Origin: an uncultured delta proteobacterium
Lineage (GTDB): Bacteria > Desulfobacterota > Binatia > UBA9968
DNA: 64,000 nt
Reading direction: 5' to 3'
Assembly (NCBI GenBank): GCA_963728565.1
Contig: CAVSLC010000001.1
Coordinates: forward strand, 32,001 to 96,000
Shown here: piece by piece, positions 31,860-41,625 of the stretch
Layout: each line of letters opens with the position of its first letter
Position numbering within the stretch: the stretch's first letter is position 1
Program-made: the position numbers and the translations under genes
The notes under the pieces: generated by a model
Databases searched by the model: none
What the model was told of the DNA's origin: nothing
What the model saw: only the letters and a program-made list of their open reading frames with translations

Positions 31860-33257
31860 TTACTGATAGGTGGCTCCCAAAGGAGTGCTTCGATCTTTTA
31901 ACAGAAGGACTTCAAGCAGCTTATTTTCGAACTTATGCGCAAATCCAACAATTCGATCCTGCAGTGGAATTACGGTGGTAAATTCCGGCGGAAACGCGCC
32001 TACACTGGAGGAGATCTTTCTGACCCGCTCGTCACTGCACCTGCCTCGAACTATAAATTGCCCACTTTTAAGGGCGAGATCATAATCATAGTCGGGCATT
32101 TCATCGGATATCTTATGACGATCAGCAACTCCGATGTCGGGTAGCGATCGGGGAAACTCAAGCCGTAAGAGCAACGCCCCGCCTCGATCTTCAACGGTAT
32201 AAACATTGCCGTAGCGTCTTTCGCGTTCAAGCTTGTCAACGAAACCGCGAGAGTAAAAACCATCGACGGGAATCGGCAGATTGCGAACCATACCAGTCTG
32301 CTTGGCCAACAAAGGTTGCAATAAAATGCCTAGCGGGATGCCGTAAATCGCCGCCGGCAACTTCATCTCTTCTGTAGGCTTGGCGTGAAAGATTCCATCT
32401 CTCAACCGATAAATTCCCTCAATTAGCGCTAGGATAATACCAATAAAAACGAATATATTGATGTCTTGACTGAAGAGGACTGCCGGTCCCTTGACCACCG
32501 CGGCCAGTACCATCAGCACAATTGGGTATAACACCGCATTATGAAGGATGTTCAGACCCGTGGCGCCGGCAGCACTGAAAACAACAGGATTTTGTACCGC
32601 TGACTCCAAGCTTTTCTTCATCTTATGCGGTAACGCGCCGAGCACGGGTTGAGACAATCCGATGAGCAAGCGCTTAATTCGGCTTAACTTTCCACCCCGA
32701 AATTGTATTACAAGTTCGTCGAAGTCGTTCGGCAGTTCATTGGGAAAAATCTTTTTGGGCTTGGCTTCTCTCTTGGGCTCGGGCGCGGTTTTTGGCGTTG
32801 ATTTAACAACATCGGCCGGAGCGACCGCCGGCTTAACCGCTGTGACAGCAGGAGGCGTCAGTGGCTTCACCGATGGAATTGTCATGGCAGCGGCAGCCGT
32901 AACGGGTGCAGAAGGCGGCAGCGCACTTTTCTCAGATGCTTCAACGGCAGGAGCGACCTGAGCTCCATTGCCTTTACGAAATCGTGACTGGAAATCAGCG
33001 CCAAAACTGGTTTCCGGGTGGATCGCTTTGGCCCGAGCAATCAGAACTTCTTCGCTCTCTATATTATTGGGATCGGTTACACAGCAATCGACTGGGCAGA
33101 CAGCCGCGCAGGCTTCGAAATCATGAAACCCAACGCACTCCGTGCATAAAAGCGGGTCGATGACATAAATAGGATCACCCTGACTGATCGCGTTGTTTGG
33201 ACACTCAGGCTCGCAGGCCCCGCAGTTGATACACTCGCTGGTAATCGTCGTCGCCAT
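31860..33257 (-). CDS. YfhL-type 2[4Fe-4S] ferredoxin fused to a Pro/Ala linker, TM helices and a C-terminal Hsp20-like domain
   Basis: CINCGACEPECPN...CTECVG...CAAVCPVDCC; hydrophobic segments around aa 235-320; beta-rich C-terminus. Confidence 0.8.
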   Translation of the reverse strand: MATTITSECINCGACEPECPNNAISQGDPIYVIDPLLCTECVGFHDFEACAAVCPVDCCVTDPNNIESEEVLIARAKAIHPETSFGADFQSRFRKGNGAQVAPAVEASEKSALPPSAPVTAAAAMTIPSVKPLTPPAVTAVKPAVAPADVVKSTPKTAPEPKREAKPKKIFPNELPNDFDELVIQFRGGKLSRIKRLLIGLSQPVLGALPHKMKKSLESAVQNPVVFSAAGATGLNILHNAVLYPIVLMVLAAVVKGPAVLFSQDINIFVFIGIILALIEGIYRLRDGIFHAKPTEEMKLPAAIYGIPLGILLQPLLAKQTGMVRNLPIPVDGFYSRGFVDKLERERRYGNVYTVEDRGGALLLRLEFPRSLPDIGVADRHKISDEMPDYDYDLALKSGQFIVRGRCSDERVRKISSSVGAFPPEFTTVIPLQDRIVGFAHKFENKLLEVLLLKDRSTPLGATYQ

Positions 33258-33282
33258 TAAGAAAACTCCCCGATTTTGTTTT

Positions 33283-33311
33283 TAATTACGTGGTTAGCCT
33301 AGAGTTGTCAA
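33283..33311 (-). promoter_or_regulatory. Sigma70-like promoter for the ferredoxin fusion gene
   Basis: TTGACA-N17-TAATTA. Confidence 0.5.
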
Positions 33312-33367
33312 TATAAACAGAGACGTTCTTGCATGTAAGAGAAAGATCATGTTAGCTATCGCTTCAA

Positions 33368-33443
33368 GGCGGCGTACCCAAGTGGTTAAGGGAGAGGTCT
33401 GCAAAACCTCGATGCAGCGGTTCGAATCCGCTCGCCGCCTCCA
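33368..33443 (+). tRNA. tRNA-Cys(GCA)
   Basis: Acceptor stem GGCGGCG/CGCCGCC, anticodon arm GAGGT-CTGCAAA-ACCTC, GGTTCGAATCC T-arm, U73 and encoded CCA. Confidence 0.97.
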
Positions 33444-33448
33444 GTGAG
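33413..33448 (+). repeat. attL core (3' part of the tRNA)
   Basis: TGCAGCGGTTCGAATCCGCTCGCCGCCTCCAGTGAG, identical to 40582-40617. Confidence 0.93.
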
Positions 33449-33584
33449 GATTCATTTTCATTCAACAATCCTAATCCTCGTCCTCGTCTCACTAAAAAAA
33501 TGTTCCGGTTTTGTTCCAACTTCGGCGTCAAAACCGCGTTGATCGCTTCTTTCATTTCCGGTGACACGGTTGCGTTTTGAGACT

Positions 33585-34655
33585 TCATTCATCGGCCGCT
33601 TTAAACCGTTCTTCTAACTTGGCCACAGCTTGCGCCTTGTGTTCCGGCGTAAGATGAGAGTAGCCGCAATGTCATGTTGATCTGTTTGTGGCCAAGCAAT
33701 TCTTTCACTGTGACCAAATCAACGCCGGCCATGACGAGATGGGACGCGAAGGTATGCCGAAGGTCATGGAAATGGAAATCTTCGATTCTTGCGGCCTTAC
33801 AGGCTCTTTTAAAGGCATCATAGACGGTAGTCTTGCCGACAGCATCACCCCACGGCCACATGAACAGACGTATCACCGTAGCGGTTGGCTTGAAACCAGT
33901 TAAGCGCCTCGCGCGCTTGCTCATTGATGGCGATGGTCTTTACCGTAGCGTTTTGCTCTGAATAATTGTAATCGATACCACGTTCAAAGCTAACATTATT
34001 CCACTTTGAGCCTTAGCAATTCGCCCTGCCTCATGCCGGTATTAAGTGCCAGCTTCACTAAAGGATGAAGCCAAGGCGAGGTAACGTCAGCTTTGCATTT
34101 CGACAATAAGCTCTGAACTGATCCGGCGGTTAAAAACCGGGTGCGCTTTGAGGTAACCGTAAACCGCTTAAACACCCGTGGCCGGATTGCTCTTTGTTAG
34201 TCTCAATCAAGAGCTTTCTTGAACATGTGCTTTATGACCGTAAAGGTATCGTTTGACTGTGCCTGGCTGTTACCGTTTTTGCCTTTGTCTGATTTCCACT
34301 TCTCGATCTGCCAAGTAGTGATCTGCGCCAAGGGAGTATCGCCGAACAATGACTGCAAACTCTTCGACGATTTATTTTTCCTTGTACCATCCTCGCTTAT
34401 ATCCGCTGGCAAATTCTCGATATCGTTTCGGCTAAGCTTTGAGAAAGGAATCGGCCGGCGCGTTTTCTCCAGATTGAAATGACCGCGGGCCATATCCCGC
34501 AGGCGAGATTTTAACGCCTCCTTCGCCACCTCCCGAGTGAATCCCCGCGACTTTCTGCCCCACCCGCTCTTTGATTTCGGTGCCGTCTACCTGATATCGG
34601 ATGTAGTAAGTTACGTCCCATTCTTGCCCTTGCGCTCGTAGATGCCTTTAGCCAT
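33585..34655 (-). pseudogene. Tyrosine recombinase/phage integrase with multiple frameshifts
   Basis: MAKGIYERKGK start; LNTGMRQGE; FHDLRHTFASHL; ELLGH..INMTLR(Y). Confidence 0.88.
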
Positions 34656-34848
34656 GACTAACGCCTTCGTTGTTTGTTTGCATGCTCGGCGATATTGCGC
34701 AGCGCGCCAATTCGACGACTCTAGGAATAATTACCTCTCCGATTTCCCATCGCGTCACGGTTCGGAGATGCACGTTCATTTCTTTAGCGCGGCTCGCCTG
34801 GGTATGACCCGCTTTAGCGCGAAGCTGCTTGAACTCATCCTTTGTCAT
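34648..34848 (-). CDS. Small XRE/Cro HTH protein
   Basis: FKQLRAKAGHTQ..AKEMNVHLRTVTRWEIG. Confidence 0.75.
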   Translation of the reverse strand: MTKDEFKQLRAKAGHTQASRAKEMNVHLRTVTRWEIGEVIIPRVVELARCAISPSMQTNNEGVSHG

Positions 34849-34872
34849 ACAGCCAATATGGCATTATGCCTA

Positions 34873-35139
34873 CTAGGCAACCGCAGAAATTATAGCTGGC
34901 TTGCTTGGATCGGTGCTGAGACTCGAAAAGCTCTCCAGGTCGTTTCTCTTGACCAATACGCGGCGGCCGACTTTTTGCGCTTGTAATTCACGCCGGCGGA
35001 TCAGCAAACGAAAAGTTGAAGTGCCAAGCCTCGAGGCTTCCGCCGCCTGTCTAATGGTGAGAAAGGCGGTTGCTGGAGACGCCTTTTGATTGAAGCTAAT
35101 CGGATCACGACCCATGGCCTCCTGCACTGCCTCCATCAC
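34873..35139 (-). CDS. Excisionase-like HTH protein
   Basis: FLTIRQAAEASRLGTSTFRLLIRRRELQAQKVGRRVLV. Confidence 0.8.
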   Translation of the reverse strand: MMEAVQEAMGRDPISFNQKASPATAFLTIRQAAEASRLGTSTFRLLIRRRELQAQKVGRRVLVKRNDLESFSSLSTDPSKPAIISAVA

Positions 35140-35547
35140 AAATCGGCTTGATGATTGCAGCCAATGATTCGACTAAAACCAAACCAGCTCATTGATCGGC
35201 CTTATCACTTTGCCTTCCTCATCCGGCCCTTTTCCTCGTCGCTGCTCAAAGTAAGCCGTCAAAATCAGCTCCCGCCACTCCGCAACATAGCCATCACTTC
35301 GGACAAGCGTGCTGGCCCTAAGGCGTCGATTTGGTCTTCAAGGTTCCTAATCTGCCCGTAAGGCCACTGATCGGTCTCCTTGAGAAGCCGGCAGTCGAAA
35401 TCGGGCTCTCAACACAAGCCGTTCATGGAACCTGTGAAAATCGGAATACCACTCTCGTGGTGAAACAATCGGATCTTTATCTCCTAATGGCTTTTCAATC
35501 GCTTCTAGGCTCGCCTCTATGGAATCAGTTTTATGCTTTGAGGATTT

Positions 35548-35629
35548 GCGACAGCGACAGTTGCGGTTTTTGCGACAGTCTCTGCTCTGAGTGGAGGTTT
35601 GTCGCAGCTGTCGCTGTTGTCGCAGTCGC
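35548..35629. repeat. Cluster of GCGACA/TGTCGC hexamers
   Basis: GCGACA at 35548, 35554, 35572; TGTCGC at 35600, 35609, 35618; AGTCGC at 35624. Confidence 0.7.
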
Positions 35630-35872
35630 AGCCGTGCCATGCGGCCGTTTTCGAATAAGCGGCGATAAAGTCATAGCTTATTCCCTTCGAGGAGAGCTGG
35701 ATTTACAAGAATCGCTTTTCGGCCATCTTCATCCAACAGCCGCACGGCCTTTGACTCAACCGATGAAGCGCCTTTACGGAGTGGACACCAGATGGACACT
35801 TACGTCGTTCAAAGTTCTGCGGCTTGAGAAATGACAAAGACGCGCATCCGTGGTTCGGGAGGGATTATCGAC

Positions 35873-36253
35873 TCAGCGATTAGGGGATGAAAACTCGCGC
35901 TTGCGCTTTATGGCCTCACTGCAACATTTAACTAGCAGTTCGCAAAAGCGTTCGCCCGTTGACTTACCCATGGCCTTGAGTTGATTTTCAAAACCGCCGA
36001 AGATTAGCCGCGCTGCATCAAGTTCGCTGATCGAAGACTGTTTGAAGTCCGGGTCTCTGGCCTCGGTACCAGGGATAATCCGAAGTTTTCCGGTGCGAAT
36101 GGCGGCCTGTTCATTCAACGAGCGCAGCCAATACGCGCAAATCTCATTCTCACGGTTTGAAAGCATCGCCCGTTGTAGTGCTTCAAGCTCTTTATCGTCA
36201 AGCCAGGCGAGATCGAAAACGTTAGGATCAACTCTTTGGAATCGTTGTTTCAT
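35873..36253 (-). CDS. Hypothetical protein in the island
   Basis: 126-aa intact ORF co-oriented with the int/xis module; no recognised motif. Confidence 0.55.
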   Translation of the reverse strand: MKQRFQRVDPNVFDLAWLDDKELEALQRAMLSNRENEICAYWLRSLNEQAAIRTGKLRIIPGTEARDPDFKQSSISELDAARLIFGGFENQLKAMGKSTGERFCELLVKCCSEAIKRKREFSSPNR

Positions 36254-37311
36254 GATCTACAACCTGTTGTCCCTGATCAGGGACGGTTCAGACCTCCTGC
36301 AGATAAGCGCGATTTCGCTTGATAGCCCCGTAGATGTCACCAAACTTAGCGAACTTAAATCTCTTGCCGTCTTTCCTACGGAATAACAGATATACGCTGC
36401 TACCACCGCAAAGCTTACCCTCGTCATCATACATATCGAACTCGTCTTCAGAGTTCCTGACACTCCACCTCAAGTACTCTATGAGCGGGAATTTCTAGCC
36501 ACTTCATGAAGTCCCGTCCTTCGGGCTTATACGCGACTACTGTCTTCAGGTGCTGGTGTGAAGATGCAGTCGTGCATAATCGTATGTCTTCTCCCACATA
36601 CGGGTGACTTCCGCCTCGGTGATGTACCCCATGATCCATATAAAGAGAACAACTAGAATTATAAGGATTGCTTCACTCTTTAATAGCCGAACCGAGTCTT
36701 CGATCATCAAGAGTTTCATTCGACCTGCCGGTCCAGTTGTCGCTACAGACTCCCCAAAACCAGTGGCGCGGGGAAGCGAAGAAGATCCATGGTGTCGTTA
36801 CAAGCTGCGCTTCTTCGCCCCCGCTGACGCCGCACTCTGAGCAAGGGTTATGCCCCCCTCAACTTTCATCAGGCCAGCTACGAGTTTGAAGCGTTTCGCG
36901 AGTTACGCGTGGCTCTGTCTGGCCACATTCGGCGGCAGCTTTGCCTGCTAAACCGACGGCGGATAATGATCGGGTTTATTTGTCAGCCGCTTCGGTTAAA
37001 AGACGTGATCATTTCCGAAGCAATAGTAATCCACAGCCGGCATGCTCCATGCTGTAGGGGGCCAAGTTGATAATTTTCGGCCAATCACCCGAGGATCTTA
37101 ACGCAGGTAACCGAAGCATTTGAAGTTGATAGTCAGAGAAATACTAAAGACGCTCCGGCTCGATTTATATCAACCGAGACGGCTTCGTGACTATGCGCTT
37201 GCCGTGGCTAAAGAAGCTTTATTCTTGGACCTACAAACTCTGAGATCTCTTACATTGGTCATACCGCTTAATGAGAACGACGTCCCGCGAAGAGCATAAG
37301 GAAGGGCAGCG

Positions 37312-37770
37312 ATGGAGTGTCTATACCGCCAGCATCTTATTCTTCCGGTAGCTTTCTTCGATTCGGCTATCGGCGATTGGACAGCTAGTGTTCACATCGA
37401 GTTCACTGAAAAACTCAAAATTTATACGGTCGTTTTAAAGTTCGGCGATGCCTTTCAGACTGAAGTGCAAGCTAAGCGGTTTACCATTAAAGAAGCCAAA
37501 CAATGGGTGGATGATAGACTTCGCGGTGCACTGCTGGTGAAGCCTAATCGTAAACACGTCTCATCAGCTATATCCAGGAGTAAACAAGCACTGTATTGGA
37601 TCTGTAGACAATGCAAAAACAATAGACATGATCTCTGCCTCAAAATTTCGACGAGTCGCGCCGGCAGTGACGTCAAGATCCGATGCTGGTGCAGCTTGCA
37701 CCCGACACACGAGTCACGCCTACACGACAAATCACCAGCGCAGATGGTGAATCCACGCAAAGCGCGGTGA
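37312..37770 (+). CDS. Hypothetical protein in the island
   Basis: 152-aa ORF with a GAAGG/AAGGG purine tract upstream; C-terminal Cys/His cluster. Confidence 0.5.
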   Translation: MECLYRQHLILPVAFFDSAIGDWTASVHIEFTEKLKIYTVVLKFGDAFQTEVQAKRFTIKEAKQWVDDRLRGALLVKPNRKHVSSAISRSKQALYWICRQCKNNRHDLCLKISTSRAGSDVKIRCWCSLHPTHESRLHDKSPAQMVNPRKAR

Positions 37771-38377
37771 TCACAATGAGCAGCACACTAACGGCGACAT
37801 CGCAGAATAACATTAAGATAAAAAAACGGCTGACAACGTTCGCCCTGGTCATAGCTCTCATGACTGGGAGCGTGGCACAACTGGCGGTGCTACTATACCG
37901 AGGTGCCCGTATAATTGTGGTAAGTAGCTTGAGCTTTGCCGGGGAGAATGGCTTGGTTGCTTGGGAGCAAGACAGGTTTCAGCAACAAACAATCAAAACC
38001 GCGATGCAGTAGCCATCAACCGTGTATCGGTACGCGATTCCGCGCTGGCAAAACTCATGCGCGGCTTATCCGAACGTCTTCGCATGTAATCGACTCAGTA
38101 CCCGGCCAGCGGACATCGCGACTGTGCTTGCCCCGTTCCCATCTGAACAGATTTAGGCACATGACGTATAACCGCTGGTCAATAAGCCAGAGTAGGACAG
38201 CGCGGAGTGCATTCAGCCTACGCTACATCCGCAGGGGTCGCCTTTTGTAGCTTAGATTCACCCGCCGGTCCCGTACACCGCACGTTTAACCGAGCAGCCT
38301 TTGACTCGCAGTCTTCTAGGCGTATATAGCTGCGCCACGAATGCAATCGAAAACCTTCTATGGGCAACAGTGGTCCT

Positions 38378-39085
38378 CGTGCTAAACCGCGCCATCCAAA
38401 TCCGGGAGCGGTCAAGGCATTGACTTCGTGCGCTGCCGTTCTGCGGCAGACACCTGTACGTAATCAGTGGCCGACATCTTCAACGCATGCACTGACCGTG
38501 AAACTTACATCGAGGAGTACCGGCTCAGCGCGGACCAACTCTGCTGCAAAATCTTCCGTGTAAATCATAGTTCCCAATTCGACTACCGTGCGCACAGCAG
38601 GCGGGAGTGGATCGCTGCGATGAAGGCGGTCTACAAGCAGCACGGCAACGTCTATGCAGGATTTCCGCAAAAGCACTATCCAAATCTCTATCTAGAAGCG
38701 CTTTGGCTAAACAGTGGAGACGGGATGCGGCTCTCCGTGTACTGGGATTCACACCGGAACGGATGCGGCTACGAACGTATTGGGAGGCCGAAAGAGTTGT
38801 CACCAAGATACATTTCTTACGGAAAAAAGGCGTACCGCTCTATCCGGCATATGTCCCAAAACATTACGCTGGACTGTTCTCCGCAGCTCTACGCATATTT
38901 GGGTCTTGGCAAACGCACTACTTGTCGCCGGTCTCGAAGTTCCTGACAGCCCGCATGATGGCCGTCGCGGAGTTTTACGGGCACTGCGTGATGCTTTGGA
39001 ACAGCATTCGGGAATGATCGCGGCGCTTCCGGTCCTGACCACTTCCAGAGAAGCTGAAACTGCACACGATTTACTACTTCGGTAG
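38378..39085 (+). pseudogene. MucR/Ros-like zinc finger plus FGSW..AL repeat protein, fragmented
   Basis: Reassembled across frames: DFVRCR.CGRHLYVISGRHLQRMH.TDRETYIEEYRL; LFSAALRIFGSW..ALLVAGL. Confidence 0.55.
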
Positions 39086-39106
39086 CTTGAGGAATGAGAA
39101 AGCGCG

Positions 39107-39980
39107 TTGAAGAAAGACCGAAGATTCCGGGCCGGATGGAGCACAACGAAGATAATTGCCGGCATTCGTGGCTTACGCGATTTGGGCTGGATCGAAGGAC
39201 AGAACATCACTATTGAACACCGGTACGCGAACAGGAGCTACACTCGTCTTGCAGAAATAGCAGCCGAGTCAGCCCGTCTTAACGTCGATGCTATCGTTGT
39301 GTGCGACTCGGTAGGAATCCGCCCTAGCTCGCAAGCAACGAAAACGATCCCATCGTGATAGTGGTTAGTGGCGATCCAGTTGCAGACGGCGTGATCGATA
39401 GTCTGGCACGGCCCGGCGGTAACATTACCGGCCTGACCAATATCTCACCGCAATTAGCGGGTAAGCGGCTGGAGCTGCTTAAAGACGCAGTTCCAGAAGC
39501 TTCAACGGTGGCGTACTCGGACCGGCTGATCATATGGATTGGAAAGAGCTTCAATTTGCCGCACAGCAGTTGGGAGTCAGGCTTCACACGCTTCAGGTCC
39601 AAAAAGCTGATGCGTTTGATCAGCCCTTCAAAGCCGCAATGCAGGACGTTCTAAAGCACTTATCGTGTTACCACATGCTATTACGAATTATAGTCGAGAA
39701 GACATTGTAACACTTGCGGCCAAGCACCGTCTCCCGACGATGCATGGCGTCAGTGTGTATGTGATCAGTGGCGGCCTCATTCCTATGGACCGCACCTTCC
39801 CGCGTTGCATTATCGCGCCGCTTACTATGTAGATAGGATTCTAAAGGTAACAAAACCCGCAGACTTGCCTGTGGAGCAGCCAACAAAGTTCGAGTGCTGA
39901 TCAATTTGAAAACCGCAAAGCAGATCGGCCTCACGATCCCTCCGAACGTACTGGCGCGGGCGGACAGAGTCATCGAATAG
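39107..39980 (+). pseudogene. ABC substrate-binding protein (ABC_sub_bind type) remnant
   Basis: GLRDLGWIEGQNITIEHRYA, DPV..G.IDSLARPGGNITG, KRLELLK, PADLPVEQPTK, INLKTAKQIGLTIPPNVLARADRVIE; no N-terminus, several frameshifts. Confidence 0.85.
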
Positions 39981-40581
39981 GAGTCATAATGGCACAACTC
40001 GAAAACGGCAACCCCGTATCTCTGGAAGAACTTGTGGTAACCACCCCTGGCGATGACGGACGCACTCGCCAAGCTACTAATAGAGAAGTGCGTCATCACA
40101 GACGCATAGTTTAAGCAGAATCTGATGGAAGAACGTGCGGTATATCAGCACATTTTGAACCCTAGACACAGTAACTAGACGCATATTGCGATGTCACAAT
40201 CAGTAAAGCTCACGGTGTTCGTGCTCGCGTTTAAATGTCATCGGCTTTGCCGTCCCAATAATAATGGGGAGCAACCACGCGAGCCCCAAACCACGCAATA
40301 GGTATCCTCACGCAATAGGTAGCCATTGGACGCGGTGCGCTGAGTCGGCGGGTTTTATGATCGCCAAGCTAATGACGTTGTGGAGACCGCTTTTTGGTTT
40401 TCCGTAACGTGAGGGTAGTACCATTAGAGAATGCCCATACCGGGGGTGTGCCAACATCCTTTGAAAAAAACGTTCCAACTTTGGGTAGCAAACCATAGCA
40501 CTCGGCAACATTCCCAAACGAAAAAAGCCCGGTCTCCCAGGCTTTTCTTACCACTTCGTGTTCTTAGGCTTAGCGCCTCGG

Positions 40582-40617
40582 TGCAGCGGTTCGAATCCGC
40601 TCGCCGCCTCCAGTGAG
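40582..40617 (+). repeat. attR core (duplicated tRNA-Cys 3' end)
   Basis: Exact copy of 33413-33448; extends to 42 bp with one mismatch. Confidence 0.93.
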
Positions 40618-40674
40618 AAATATCAGTTTTCCCTTAAGCTTGTCTGCCTCCGTGCCGTCGGCTCACTCCGTCGA

Positions 40675-40944
40675 TCACGAAGTGCCCGGCGTTTCGTTCA
40701 ACAGTTTATCCAATTCACCAGAGGTCTCCAAACTCAGCACATCGTCGTATCCGCCGATTGGCTTACCGTTGATAAATATTTGAGGGACAGTTCTCCGGCC
40801 TGATAAACGCTCCATATCGAGTCTGAGCTTTGGCTCTTCGGAGACATCTATTTCGGTGAAATCGACCTTCTTTGCGGCAAACAACGACTTCGCTGCCCGA
40901 CAATACGGACACCAGCTGGTTGTATACATGACCACTTGTGGCAT
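40675..40944 (-). CDS. grxC: Glutaredoxin 3
   Basis: CPYC, TVPQIFI, IGGYDD. Confidence 0.93.
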   Translation of the reverse strand: MPQVVMYTTSWCPYCRAAKSLFAAKKVDFTEIDVSEEPKLRLDMERLSGRRTVPQIFINGKPIGGYDDVLSLETSGELDKLLNETPGTS

Positions 40945-41013
40945 AAACTCCTCCCCTGAAATCCGATTCGGCTGTTCGTTGCAACCCCACGTCTATTTTG
41001 CCATTACTGTTGC

Positions 41014-41625
41014 GTGAAATTAATAGGCCTTACCGGCGGCATCGCTTCGGGGAAGAGCACCGTTTCAGCTATTCTTCGCCGACTTGGCGCCCAAGTCATC
41101 GATGCCGATGCGCTTGCCCGCGAAGTTGTCGAGCCGCATCAGCCGGGCTGGAATGAGATCGTCGATACTTTCGGTAAGGAGATCCTGCGGTCGGACCAAA
41201 CACTGGATCGGAAAAAATTGAGAAAACTTGTCTTCGACGAGCCGAAAGCGCGAAAACAGCTGGAAGCCATCACCCATCCCAAGATTCGCCGATTGGCGCA
41301 GGAAAAAATTGCAGAGTGCGCTGCTACCGGAGCGCCTCTTGTGGTTTATGAAGCGCCGCTCTTATTTGAAACCGGGATTCATCTTTGGCTTCGCCCGGTC
41401 ATTCTAGTGGCCTGCGACACTGCGGCTCAGAAACGGCGTCTCCGCCAGCGAGATAGCTTAACCGAAGCGGAAATTGAGCAACATCTCGGAGCTCAAATGA
41501 GCTTGGAGGAAAAACGAAAGCTGGCGGACTATGTGATCGACAACAACGGCACCCTTGAGGATCTCGAGAGTACGGTCGAAGAGGCTAGTCCAAACGATTC
41601 TCGCTACTTGACCCGTTCCAGATAA
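41014..41625 (+). CDS. coaE: Dephospho-CoA kinase
   Basis: IGLTGGIASGKST, LEAITHP, PLLFE, ADYVIDN. Confidence 0.94.
   Translation: MKLIGLTGGIASGKSTVSAILRRLGAQVIDADALAREVVEPHQPGWNEIVDTFGKEILRSDQTLDRKKLRKLVFDEPKARKQLEAITHPKIRRLAQEKIAECAATGAPLVVYEAPLLFETGIHLWLRPVILVACDTAAQKRRLRQRDSLTEAEIEQHLGAQMSLEEKRKLADYVIDNNGTLEDLESTVEEASPNDSRYLTRSR

Larger units (their letters stand above)
33413..40617. mobile_element. ~7.2 kb integrative element inserted in tRNA-Cys, apparently decayed
   Basis: Exact 36-bp direct repeat at 33413-33448 and 40582-40617; tyrosine integrase next to attL; HTH/excisionase genes; fragmented ORFs. Confidence 0.92.

Noticed and set aside
33364-33588. 74-aa minus-strand ORF over the tRNA
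   Set aside because: Antisense to tRNA-Cys/attL; at most an out-of-frame integrase tail
35548-40321. CRISPR array in the island
   Set aside because: The repeats are 6-13 bp without unique 30-40 bp spacers, and no cas genes are present
40576-40617. Second tRNA gene
   Set aside because: Only the 3' half is present, without D or anticodon arms; it is attR
41604-41625. Convergent coaE/efp overlap as a regulatory feature
   Set aside because: The overlap is short and the coaE tail may itself be frameshifted
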